Source of the DNA: Pristiophorus japonicus
Lineage: Eukaryota
Assembly: GCF_044704955.1 (NCBI RefSeq)
Contig: NC_091991.1
Coordinates: forward strand, 164,672,001-164,736,000
Direction: 5' to 3'
DNA: 64,000 nucleotides
The notes under the pieces were generated by a model that did no database searches, was not told the origin of the DNA, and saw only the letters and a program-made list of their open reading frames with translations. Both the position numbers and the translations under genes were made by a program. Below are positions 1 to 13,063 of this stretch, in pieces; positions within the stretch are counted from its first letter, which is position 1, and the number at the start of each line of letters is the position of its first letter.

Positions 1-1266
1 CACAATTTAATTTTTCTACTGCTCTTTCTGTTTCTCTAATTTACTCCTCTGTGTTCCCATGGTTACCATTTGTCGACAGTACAGCTCCCTGTAGCTGGAG
101 GAGGGGTGTGGGAGGACAGTCTTCGTCAGCTTCTGATGGACTTTCAATAGAACTGTCAGGGTTTGGATTGAGACTGAAACAGTGATTTCAATCAGGCAGA
201 ACTCTCAAAGGGATTCCATCAGAAGCTGAGGGTGAACTCAAGACAATGAAGTCCATTGAGGTCAGTGGGAACAAAAGTGGGAATTCCGATTCGCTATCGC
301 CCATTTTACACTATCACACAAAGTACAACTGTTCTGGGGGAATTTTCACACTATACTGAAAATGGAATAAGGCAAAAAATCCAACTCCCTGTGAATCAGA
401 AACATAGAAGATAAAAATGATATAATACGATACTCGACTTGGCTAATTTACTATATTCATTTACTATTTTCTTACCACCATCTTATCAGTTTGTTGTACT
501 AAAACAGCCGGTGCTCCCCTGAATTATTTTGCTTCTTCTAACTCTAAACCGATGGTTCTCAAACTTTTTTGGTTGAAGGAACCCTTTTCAAATTGATTAG
601 TAATCACGGACCCCCCCCCCATCTAAATTATACTATATAATACTCACAATGTGAAAGTCCTGCGTGTATAGAGTGTTTTAATAATACTTTTAAGAAAACA
701 GGTATTTACGTACAAATATCAGTGAGACGGGTGTGCCTGCTTCTCACAGCAGAGTCTCTCGATCCTCGGTGTGATGGTGGACAATTTATTTAAAGCTGCA
801 ACTGCCGTTCACTTTCCTACTTTTTTACATTAATTTTAAGTATTGTCCTTAAAACGGCAGCTCATCTACAAATTTTAATTACAAAAACTTTTAAAAATAT
901 ATAATTTAGATGCCACTCATGCAATACCGAGCAGTTGGCCAAAGGGGCCTTAACCATGGCCTAGAATTAGCTCACCTGCCTTTCCTCTCCGGCAGGGTAT
1001 GATGCATGTGGTGCAGAGATCGGGATAAGCCAGATATAGACACCACCCAGCACTCAAAATGTGACAAAGAAATTACTTTAAGGTAATGTTATTGTCATAA
1101 ATGATTAATTGGGAATCTTTCTGTAAACTTTGAATTTAATTTGTTGCTTAGCTGAGGAAGTTACTAGTTTTGAGGATTTTGCAACATGTAAATGGGAGCG
1201 CCTTTAGTTTACTGATTAAACAGGGAATGTTGGCTAAATAATAATATCATCCTCTGCCATCACTAT

Positions 1267-4200
1267 TGTTATATATGTAAACCTGTAAATACCTTGTTTA
1301 ACCACCAGAGGGCTCATCCCCTGGAGTCCCAAGGGATCCCACAATCCCTCAGGAGCACCTGTACATAAGGAGGCCTCACAGGCGGAAAGGGACTCTGGAG
1401 ACCTGTAATAAAGGACTACGGTCACACTTTACTTTGAGCTCACAGTATCTGGTCAGACTCTTTATTCAATACTTAACAACTGGCGACGAGATACAGATGA
1501 CAAACCCCACCGCAACGCTGCAGAGAACAATGGGCATCCTGGAGAAATTTTTGGAGGGAGATGATTGGGAAACCTTCGTGGAGCAACTCAACCAATACTT
1601 CGTGGCCAACGAGCTGGAAGGAGAAGCGAACGCTGCCAAACGAAGGGCGATCCTCCTCACCGTTTGTGGGTCACCAACGTATGGCCTCATGAAAAATCTG
1701 CTTGCTCCAGCGAAACCCACAGAGAAGTCGTATGATGATTTGTGCACACTGGTCCAGGAGCATCTAAACCTGAAGGTAAGCGTTCTGATGGCGAGGTACA
1801 GGTTCTACACGTACAAGAGGTCTGAAGGCCAGGAAGTGGTGAGCTATGTCGCCGAGCTAAGACGCCTTGCAGGACAATGCGAATTTGAAGGACATTTGGA
1901 GCACATGCTCAGGGACTTCTTTGTACTTGGCATTGGTAATACTTCGCAAACTTTTGACTGTAGAGACCCCAACCTTGAGTAAAGCCATAGCAATAGCCCA
2001 GGCATTCATCACTTGCTGCTGCAAGTACTGTTGTTTTCGAATCGTAAAGTACAGGGCAGGCCTCACATGCCTGCAGCTGCACGTCCGCAGATGTCTGAGT
2101 CCACCATCAAGAATGGTGAATGCAAGGCCATTAACACCTTGTTGGCGCTGCGGGGGTGATCATCATTTTCATTCATGCCGCTTCAAAGGATACGTTTGCA
2201 AGGACTGTGGAACAATGGGACACCTCCAACGTATGTGCAGGCAAGCTGCAAACCCTGCTAATCGTGCAAACCACCATGTTGCAAAGGAGGACAGATCCAC
2301 AGTGGATCACGACGAACCAGAGCCTCAGACTGAGGAGGCAGAGGTATATGGGGTGCACACATTTACCACAAAGTGTCCCCCAATAATGCTGAAGGTTGAA
2401 TTAAATGGACTCCCGGTCTCAATGGAGCTGGACACGGGCGCGAGCCAGTCCATAATAAGCAAAAATACTTTTGATAAATTGTGGTGCAGCAAGGCCTCAA
2501 GGCCAGTCCTGACTCCCATTCGTATTAAACTGTGAACGTACACAAAGGAACTGATTCCAGTAATCGGCAGTGCCACTGTAAAGGTCTCCTATGATGGAGT
2601 GGTGCACTCTGGGTAGTACCGGGCAATGGCCCCACGCTGCTCGGCAGGAGCTGGTTGGGGAAGATACGCTGGAACTGGGACAATGTCCGAGTGCTCTCGC
2701 CTGTCGACGACACTTCATGTGCCCAGGTCCTAAACAAGTTCCCCTCGCTGTTCAAACCAGGCATCGGGAAGTTCCAAGGAGCAAAAATGCAGATCCACTT
2801 GATTCTGGGGGCGTGACCCATCCATCACAAGGCGAGAGCAGTACCGTACATGATGAGAGAGAGGGTGGAGATCGAGCTGGACCGGCTGCAACGAGAGGGC
2901 ATCATTTTGCCGATCGAATTCAACGAGTGGGCCAGTCCGATTGTTCCAGTCCTCAAAACGGCACCGTCAGAATCTGTGGTGACTACAAAGTAACTATCAA
3001 TCGTTTCTCCTTGCAGGATCAATACCTGCTATCAAAGGCAGACGACCTATTTGCGACGCTGGCGGGAGGAAAAATGTTCACTAAGCTGGATTTGACCTCG
3101 GCCTACATGACGCAGGAGCTGGAGGAATCATCGAAAGACCTCACCTGCATCAACACGCACAAAGGTCTCTTCATTTACAACAGGTGCCCATTTGGGATTC
3201 GATCAGCCGCGGCAATATTCCAGAGGAACATGGAAAGCTTACTGAAGTTGGTCCCGCGCACCTTGGTCTTCCAGGACGACATCTTGGTTACAGATCAGGA
3301 CACGTCGAGCATCTGCAGAACCTGGAGGAAATTCTTAGTCGGCTTAATCGCATGGGGCTCAGGTTAAAACGCTCGAAGTGCGTTTTCCTGGAGCCTGAAG
3401 TAGAGTTCCTGGGGAGAAGAATTGCGGCGGACGGCATCAGGCCCACCGATTCGAAGATGGAGACAATCAAAAACGCACCGAGACCACAGAACATGATGGA
3501 GCTGCGGTCGTTTCTAGGACTCCTGAACTATTTTGGTAACTTCTTACCGGGTCTTAGCACACTGTTAGAACCACTGCACTCCTTACTGCGTAAAGGAGAT
3601 GAATGGGTATGGGGTAAAAGCCAAGAAAATGCCTTTGTAAAAGCTTGAAAACTGTTATGCTCAAACAAATTGCTTGTGGTGTACGATCCATGTAAGCGTT
3701 TGGTGCTAGCATGTGATGCGTCATCATATGGGGTCGAGTGTGTATTGCAACAAGCTAATGAATCTGGGAAATTACAACCGGTTGCTTATGCATCCAGATG
3801 TCTGTCCAACGCTGAGAGGGCCTACAGCATGATCGAAAAAGAAGCGTTAGCGTGTGCTTATGGGGTAAAGAAAATGCATCAATATCTGTTTGGGCTCAAA
3901 TTTGAATTGGAAACCGACCGTAAGCCACTGATATCCCTCTTTTCTGAAAGTAAGGGGATAAATACGAATGCATCGGCCCGCATCCAGAGATGGGCGCTCA
4001 CGTTGTCCGCATACAACTATGCTATCCGTCACAGGCCAAGCACAGAAAACTGTGCCGATGCTCTCAGTATGCTACCATTGTCCACCACAGGGGTGGAGAT
4101 GGCACAGCCCACAGGTTTAGAAGCATTCGAGAGTGAGCAATCACCTGTTATTGCCTGAAAGATTAGAACCTGGATGAGCCAGGACCCCTTACTGTCCTTA

Positions 4201-5746
4201 GTAAAATACTGTGCTCCACGGGAGTTGATCTAGTGTCCCGTTAGAAATGCAGGAAGAAATAAAGCCATACCAGCGGCACAGAGATGAAATGTCTATACAG
4301 GCAGACTGCCTCCTATGGGGTAATCGGGTAGTGATACCAAAAAAGGGCAGGGACACTTTCATTAGTGATCTCCACGGTACCCACCCAGCCACTGTCATGA
4401 TGAAAGCGATAGCCAGATCCCACGTGTGGTGGCCTGGTATCGATGCAGACTTAGAGTCCTGCGTGCACAGTTAAGCAATGCACCCAGGGAGGTGCCACTA
4501 AGTATATGGTCTTGGCCCTCCAAACCGTGGTCCAGGGTCCATGTCGACTATGCAGGCCCGTTCTTAGGAAAAATGTTCCTCGTGGTTGTAGATGCGTACT
4601 CCAAATGGATTGAATGTGAGATAATGTCTGCAAGCACGTCCGCTGCCACCATTGAAAGCCTGCGGGCTATGTTTGCCACGCACGGCCTGCCTGACGTCCT
4701 TGTGAGTGACAATGGGCCGTGCTTCACCAGTGCCAAGTTCAAAGAGTTCTTGACCCGTAATGGGATCAAGCATGTCACATCTGCCCCGTTTAAACCTGTG
4801 TCCAATGGTCAGGCAGAGAGAGCAGTGCAAACAATCAAGCAAAGCTTGAAGAGGGTAACTGAAGGCTCACTGCAGACTCACCTATCCCGAGTCTTGCTTA
4901 GTTACCGCACAAGACCCCACTCCTGGGGTTCCCCCCGCCGAACTGCTCATGAAGGGGCACTTAAAACAAGGCTCTCGTCAGTCCACCCTGATCTACACAA
5001 ACGGGTAGAGAGCAGGCGGCTTCAACAAAATACATATCATGATCGCGCAAATGTGTCACGCGAAATCGAGATTAATGATCCTGTATTTGTGTTGAACTAT
5101 GGACAAGGTCCCAAGTGGCTTCCCGACACTGTCATGGCCAAAGACGGGAGTAGGGTGTTTCTGGTCAAACTTTCAAATGGACTCACCTGCAGGAAACACT
5201 TGGACCAAACCAAACTCAGATTCACGGACTACCCAGAGCAACCCACACTAGACTCTACCTTTTTTGATCCCCCAACATACACACCAGTGGCAACTGACCC
5301 AGCGGTTGACCACGAAGCAGAACCCATCACCTGCAGCAGCCCAGCAGGACTCACCACACCAGACAGCCCTGCAAGGCCAGCTGCACAGCAGCCCAGCAAG
5401 GGCCCAACAAACGACTCATCAAAACCAGCATTTGCACTGAGACGATCAACTAGGGAAAGGAAGGCCCAAATCGACTCACATTGTAAATAGTTACACTACT
5501 TTTGCGGAGGGGGGGGGGCGGTGGGGGGAGTGTTGTTATGTATGTAAACCTGTAAATACCTTGTTTAACCACCAGAGGGCTCATCCCCTGGAGTCCCAAG
5601 GGATCCCACAATCCCTCGGGAGCACCTGTACATAAGGAGGCCCCACAGGCTGGAGAGGGACTCTGGAGATCTGTAATAAAGGACAACGGTCACACCTTAC
5701 TTTGAGCTCACAGTATCTGGTCAGACTCTTTATTCAATACATAACA
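1267..5746 (+). mobile_element. Full-length Ty3/Gypsy (Mag-clade-like) LTR retrotransposon, decayed
   Basis: LTRs 1267-1478 and 5534-5746 (TGTTAT...ATAACA; 8 substitutions + 1 indel); TSD ACTAT; PBS TGGCGACGAG at 1481; PPT ~5507-5530; gag with two Zn knuckles, protease LDTGA, RT, RNase H (DAS), integrase D-D-E; stops and frameshifts. Confidence 0.97.
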
Positions 5747-5984
5747 ACTATATTTTACTAGTTAAAATAAGCAGCTGAATTTTTAAAAACTGCTTTCTTG
5801 AAACCGTCATCACTGATGTCTTTGGGACAGAAAACTGAGAGAAGCAATAACAGAAAAGCCACCGTTACTTGAAATGATTTTTGTGCGCTTACCATCGTGA
5901 AGAATCACAGCAATATTAGCGGTGGCCCGCAGATGATGGTAAATAAATTGCGTAACATTTCCAAATCATTATTGATGATGCAGT

Positions 5985-5999
5985 GTCGCCATCTGCTGA
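5985..5999 (-). promoter_or_regulatory. CTCF-like motif
   Basis: TCAGCAGATGGCGAC on - closely matches the CTCF core consensus; motif match only. Confidence 0.4.
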
Positions 6000-7334
6000 C
6001 AGAACATGGTATTAAATCATGCATTTTAATTTTTTGGGCAAAAAAAATTCAATGGCCAAATAGGGTTGGGATGAAATTCCACAGGCATAATGACAGGGCT
6101 GAAAAATACCCCACCTCGCAGCTGAGCCTGCTAAATCACACACTGTCCACAAATGCGGAGCTGCCTCTGAATTAGTGACACTGTGTTACTGCTGAAACAT
6201 TAATTCAGCTTTTCTCTGTCAGACGCTGAGCGACCTGACATTTCCAGTATTTGATGTTTTTTAAAACTAGTTTTGTGCTGCAAACGCATAAATTTAATTC
6301 AGTTTGCCAGTAATAATTTTAGTTACAACTCTTAACAGGCTGAGGAAAGCTTCAGCTAGAGTTCACAGAAATATAGAATTTTACAGCACACAAGGTGGCC
6401 ATTTGGGCCATTGTGCACGTGGCAGCTCTCAGTCCCATTTCCCAAACCCTTTCATTTTTCACGTATTTATCCATCTCGCTTTCAAATACTCATGGATTCT
6501 GCTTCCAGCATTGTTTCTGGTTAGACATTCCATGTAGCCTTCTAGTTTAAAAAGATCCTAACCTATCCCTTCATTCTTTCGGTGATTATTTTACATTATG
6601 CTCCCTAGTTACTGACTCATTGACCAATGGAAATAGTTCTTTTTCCCACTGTTTGCCTTATCAAAAACATCCCTTATTTTGACCATCTACTCTTTAACTT
6701 TCTCAATTCTAATAGACACCCAGCTCTCCTCCAAACTGAAGCCTTCTCGTTCCTGGTATCATTTTAGTGAATCTTTTGCACACCCACTCCATGACATCCT
6801 ACCTAAAGTCGACAATACCCTAACTGCAGCCTACTCAATTATTGGTATTGGTTTAACATTAGCTCTTTGCTTTTGTATTCAATGGCCTATTTATAAGACC
6901 TGCAGCCCATATGCTCTTGTTTCAAACCAACTTTATCAACTCATTCTCTCCTTATCCTTCCTTCCACAGTGTATCACTTTACATTCCTCCAGATATCTGG
7001 TCTATCTGCCCAAGCTAAGTCTTCTTGAAATTGTTTACATTCCTCTTCACATTAACCTTGCTCCCTATTTTTAATGTCGTCTGCAACTTTTGATTTTATG
7101 CCCTCTATACTCTAACCCAGATCACTTTATATATATATATAAGATATAAAGTGATCTGGGTTAGCGTATAGAACCCCGCCCTGACCCCCAGGAGCACCAC
7201 CATTTCCAGTCTGAAAAACATCTATCCCCCACTATTCTCCTTTCTATACTTAACCAATTTCTTATCTAAGTTGCTAAAGCCATGTGCCTTGGGGGTTCTC
7301 CAAAGAGCCTTGTTGGTCCAGGTACATAGATCAT

Positions 7335-7795
7335 TACCAGAATGATACCTGGACTCCAAGGGTTAAATTATGAGGAGAGATTACGCAAATTAGGGATGTA
7401 TTTCCTGGAATTTAGAAGGATAAGGAGTGATTTGATCAAAGTTTTCAAGATATTAAGGGGAACAGATGGGGTAGATAGACAGAAACTATTCCGCTGGTTG
7501 ATGTGTTTAGGACTAGGGGGCATAGTCTAAAAATTAGAGCCAGACCTTTCAGGAGTGCAATTTGGAAACACTTCTACACCCAAAGGGCGGTAGAAGTTTG
7601 GAACTCTCTTCCGCAAACGGCAACTGATGCGAGATCAATTGTTAATTTTAAATCTGAGATTGATAGATTTTTGTTAACCAATGGTATTAAGGGATATGGG
7701 ACAAAGGCGGCATATGGAGTTAGGGTGCAGATCAGCCATGATCTCATTGAATAGCGGAACAGGCGTGAGGGGCTAAATGGCCTATTTCCATTCGT
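7335..7795 (+). mobile_element. CR1 LINE 3' fragment
   Basis: LNYEERLRKLGMYFLEFRRIRSDLI...RTRGHSLKIR...VWNSLPQ followed by CR1 3'UTR. Confidence 0.9.
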
Positions 7796-8094
7796 ACTCC
7801 ATCAACAAGCAGCACCTTATTCAAATTCCTTTTCAAAACCCAGACACACAACACCCAATTTACCGTTTTACTTGTTATTTTCTCAGCACCATCTCATTTG
7901 TCAAACACGGCATTTCATTTTACAAATTCGCGCTGCTTGTTCTTAATTATCCCGTGTTTTTTTAAGTGAGTAGTAACTCTATCTTGTATCATGGCCTCTC
8001 GAAGATCAGCTACTACCGACGTTAGATTGACTGATCTATAATTTCCTGGTTGATTACAGGTGTAACACTCCAGTCCTCCAACACAACTTACATT

Positions 8095-11030
8095 ATTTTT
8101 TTTATTTGCTCATGCAATGTGGGCATCACTGGCAAGGCCAGCATTTATTGCCTATCCCTAATTGCCCTTGAGAAGATGGTGGTGAGCTGCCTTCTTGAAC
8201 CGCTGCAGTCCGTGTTGTGAAGGTGCTCCCACAGTGCTATTAGGGAGGGAGTTCCAGGATTGTGACCGAGCGACGATGAAGGAACGGCGATTTATTTCCA
8301 AGTCAGGGTGGTGTGTGACTTGGAGGGGAACTTGGAGGTGGTGGTGCTCCCATGCAGCTGCTGCCCTTGTCCTTCTAGGTGATAGAGGTCATGGGTTTGG
8401 GAGGTGCAGCCGAAGAAGCCTTGGTGAGTTGCTGCAGTGCATCTTGTAGATGGTACACACTGCAGCCCAGGTGCACCGGTGGTGGGGAGAGTAAATGTTT
8501 AAGGTGATGGATGGGGTGCCAATCAAGCAGTTGCTTTGTCCTGGATGGTGTCGAGCTTCTTGAGTGTTGTTGGAGCACCACTCATCCAGGAAAGTGGAGA
8601 GTATTCCATCACACTCCTGACTTGTGCTTTGTAGATGATGGAAAGGCATTGGGGAGTCAGGAGGTGAGACACTCGCTGCAGAATACCCAGCCTCTGACCT
8701 GCTCTAGTTGCCACTGTATTTATATGGCTGGTCCAGTTAAGTTTCTGGTCAATGGTAACTCCCAGGATGTTGATGGTGGGGGATTTGGCAAGGGAGTGCC
8801 GTTGAATGACATGGGGTGCTGGTTAGACTCTCGCTTGTTGGAGATAGTCATTGCCTGACACTTGTGTGGCGCAAATGTTACTTGCCACTTATCTGTCCAA
8901 GCTTAAATGTCATCCATGTCTTGCTGCATGTGGGCATGGACTGCTTCATTATCTGAGGAGTTGCGACGGCACTGAACACTGTGCAGCAGTGATCAGCGAA
9001 CATCCCCACTTCTGACCTTATGATGGAGGGAAGGTGATTGATGAAGCAGCTTGATGGTTGGGTCTAGGACACTTGATGGTTGGCCCTAAGGAACTCCTGC
9101 AGCGATGTCCTGGGGCTGTGATAATTGACATCCAACAAGCAGAACCATCTTCCTTTGTGCTCGGTATCACCCCAGCCAGTGGAAAGTTTTCCCTCTGATT
9201 CCCATTGACTTCAGTTTTACTCTGGCTCCTTGATGCCGCACTCGGTCAAATGATATCAAGGGCAGTCACTCTCACCTCACCTGTGGAATTCAGCCCTTTT
9301 GTCCATGTTTGGACCAAGCTGTAATGAGGTCTGGAGCCGAGTGGTCCTGGTGGAACCCAAACTGGGCATTGGTGAGCAGATTATTGGCGAGTAAGTGCCA
9401 CTTGATAGCACTGTTGACGAGACCTTCCATCACTTTGCTGATAGAAACATAGAAACGTAGAAATAGGTGCAGGAGCAGGCCATTCGGCCCTTCGAGCCTG
9501 CACGAGCATTCAATATGATCATGGCTGATCATGCAACTTCAGTACCCCACTCCTGCCTTCTCTCCATACCCCCTGATCCCTTTAGTCATAAGGGCCACAT
9601 CTAACTCACTTTTGAATATATCCAACGAACTGGACTCAACAACTTTCTGTGGTAGAGAATTCCACAGGTTCACAATTCTCTGGGTGAAAAAGTTTCTCCT
9701 CATCTCGGTCCTATATGGCTTACCCCTTATCCTTAGACTGTGACCCCTGGTTCTGGACCTCCCCAACACCAGGAACATTCTTCCTGCATCTAACCTGTCC
9801 AATCCTGTCAGAATTTTATATGTTTCTATGAGATCCCCTCTCATTCTTCTAAATTCCAGTGAATATAAGCCTAGTTGATCCAGATGATTGAGAGGAGACT
9901 GATGGGGCGGTAATTGGCCGGATTGAATGTGTCCTTTTTGTGGACGGGACATACCTGGGCAATTTTCCACAGTGTTGGATAGATGCCAGCGTTGTAGCTG
10001 TACTGGAACAGCTTGGCTATAGGCGCGGCTAGTTCTGGAGCAGATGTCTTCAGCACGACAGCCTAGATATTGTCGGGGCCCATAGCCTTTGTTGTATCCA
10101 GTGCGCTCAGCCGTTTCTTGATATCACGTGGAGTGAATCGAATTGGCTGAAGACTGGCTTGTGTGATGGTGGAAACCTCAGGAGGAGGCTAAAGTGGATC
10201 ATCCACTTGGCACTTCTGGCTGAAGAAGGTTGCAAACGCTTCAGCCTTGTCTTTTGCACTCGCGTGCTTGGCTCTGCCATCATTGAGGATGGGGATATCT
10301 ATGGAGCCTCCTCCTCCATTAGTTTTTTAATGGTCCACCACCATTCACGACTGGTGTGGCAGGACTGCAGAGCTTTGATCTGATCTGTTAATTGTGGGAT
10401 TGCTTAGCCCCGTCTATAGCATGCTGCATCTGCTGTTTAGCATGTAGTCCTGTGTTGTAGCTTCCCCAGGTTGGCACCTTATTCTTAAGTATGCCTGGTG
10501 CTGCTTCTGGCATGCTCTTCTGCACTCCTCAGGGTTGGTCCCCTGGCTTGATGGTAATGGTATTGAGAGATGTGTCAGGCCATGAGATTACAGATTGTGA
10601 TGGAATACAATTCTGCTGCTGCTGATAGCCCACAGCGCTTCATGGATGCCCAGTTTTGAGTTGCTAGATCTATTCTGAATCTATCCCATTTAGCATGGTG
10701 ATAGTGCCACACAACATGATGGAGGGTGTCCTCAGTGTGAAGACGGGGCTTCAGTGTGCGACAGGTAGATTGGTGAGGATGAAGTCCAGTTGGTTTTTCC
10801 CCCTCGTGTTGGTTCTCTCACCACCTGCTGCAGGCCCAGTCTGACAGCTATGTCCTTCAGGACTCAGCCAGCTCGGTCAGTAGTGGGGCTACCGAGCCAA
10901 TCTTCGTGATGGACATTGAAGTCCCCCACCCAGAGTACATTCTGTGCCCTTGCTACTTTCAGTGCTCCAAGAGGTGTTCAACATGGCGGAGTACTGATTC
11001 ATCAGCTGAGGGATAGCGGCAGGTGGTAAT
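8095..11030 (-). mobile_element. CR1-superfamily (Crack/L2-like) LINE, 5'-truncated and decayed, interrupted by a CR1 fragment
   Basis: RT pieces IYKAQVRSVMEYSPLSW, PANYRPISLLSII|SKVME, QFGF; the host reading frame rejoins across 9443-9883. Confidence 0.85.
9443..9883 (-). mobile_element. CR1 3' fragment nested in the 8095-11030 LINE
   Basis: ATAGAAAC tandem tail; LGLYSLEFRRMRGDLIETYKIL. Confidence 0.9.
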
Positions 11031-11889
11031 CTGTACATATCTAAGGATGTTTGAAAGATTGTCCTCAAAGTCTCTGCTAGCTTCTCTCTTATTTCCCTCA
11101 TTATTCTAGAACGTACATTATTTTTATAATTTAAAGGCTTTTAAAACCCAAGTTTGCTGCCACTTGATCACCATTTCTTAATTTTTCATCTCTCTTACTC
11201 TTATCAACCTTGTCCTACACTACAGGCCTTGGTCCTTTACCTGGGTTTCCCAAATTATAAAAGACAAAATTATTTTAACAGTAAAGGACAGACGTTCAGA
11301 AAATCCCATTAATGCACTATAAGTGGATTCGAGAGACAAATGGATGAGAAAAGGGGATATGGTGGGCAGGGAAGCACATAGGTATGTTGATCGCAAAGAA
11401 TTGTTGGTGCCTAAATGCTCTGCCACAAGGAGTGGTTGAGGCAGACACCACTGCCTTTTTAAAGCGAGAAGTGAATAAATATTTGAAGCAGAGGAAGATA
11501 CAGGGCAATGGGGAGACAGCAGGCAGTAGAATTAGTTTCGGACGACTCCATCAAAGAACCAGGAGACACGATGGGGCAAATGGCCTCCTTCTGTGCTGTA
11601 AACATCTACGATTCTATCACTGAAAAAGGGATGGACCTCATGGCTTTTTCTCATTCTTAAAAACAAATTCAAACCTCTGAAAATAGACATGTCAAATGAG
11701 TGTTACTCTTGCTGGTGCCACTCTTACACCATTTCTAGTGTATTTACCACCAGCAAACATATTTAATTTTGAGGTCAGCAAAAAAAGAAAACAGCAGTCA
11801 TTTTATTTGCTCCACCCAGACTGATGTAGTAATTGGTAACTTAAGAACCCTTTTTTTTGTCTCTGAATAGAATTTTGTTAAAGGAATCC

Positions 11890-13063
11890 TGTAAAGGTGT
11901 GTATGTGTGCTCTCTGAGGGGGTCAGGTTCCTTCTGACCAACTTGAGCAGTTCGAATCGCTCCCCCTCCCTTGGGTTCTGTACTCTGGATTTATTTGGGG
12001 GTGTGTGACAAAAGTGCAAAGGACACTGGTTTGATGCAAAGAACTTTGGTTTTATTACAGTCAAGGTAATACAGGCTTATTACTCTAGTAAGAAAATACA
12101 AGGCCAAACTTACAATCACTCTAATAAAGAACAATACAAGGAAAGGTACAAGGTCAAACTTATAATCGCTCTAATAAAGAACCATACACTACACATTCAA
12201 AGGGGGTTGCAGTAAAATTATACCTCCCACCTCCCAATACCTAATTCGAGCTCGGTTAGACTCCAGAGCAGGCAGGGACTTATGCTTACCAATCCTTTTG
12301 ATAGTTAATGGTAGATGGTGATGTTCTTCCTTCCTTCAGGACTTCAAGACTTCGAGGCTGGAGAAGTTAGTTTACAACTGTCGCGTTGGTTTCTCTCCTT
12401 GTCTTGATGAGGTAGTAGCAACCACCTCTCTTCCCCCAACCTCTGTTGAAAACAGTGACCAGTTATACGATTTCAGTGTTCTAATCTTGCCACCAAATCT
12501 GTTCAAAATCCTTTGTATAATTTTGGCGTGCTTGGTTCTTCTTTGTAATACTTTGTCGGGCTCGTTAAAGTTGATATGTCTTGGGTGGGTTGATGTTCAA
12601 AAACTGTTTCCTGATGGAAATATTAGTTTGGTAATTGCAATGTCCTTTTGTGCTTAATCTTTCGCATACAGAGTGGATTGGGCCTCTTTGTGATGTATAT
12701 GCTGAAATGGTTTGTCCAGACCTATGTTGATGGGGAGCTACCTCTGGGTTATGATGGTAATGTCTCTTGTGGAGAAGGATTTTCAAATACTCATTCTTCC
12801 AGACAGGTTAACTCACCCAGACAGTTCCAATAATCAAGTGGGCTTCTTTTGTTCCCGAGGTCCGCCCACAGGCTTGAATTTGTCTTGTAAAAGTTCATAA
12901 TTCTATTAAAGTTCGTAGTTTCTTCCATAAGCACTTTAGAGTTCCAAACTTTTCGGTAGTCCCAAATTAAATTTCCTTTCGAATGAGCCCAAACACAGGC
13001 GGGGGGGGAGGGGGAGGGGGGTTCTTGAGAATTTTGCATTCTTTCATTCCTGATGATGATACA
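11890..13063 (-). mobile_element. Possible long solo LTR or other interspersed repeat
   Basis: TG..CA ends, AATAAA on - at ~12051, internal ~36-bp direct repeat with 50-bp period (12097/12147); TSD is poor, so boundaries are uncertain. Confidence 0.35.

Noticed and set aside
1434-5490. Gypsy ORFs as a domesticated gene or active element
   Set aside because: Multiple stops and frameshifts within intact LTR/TSD boundaries indicate a decaying insertion
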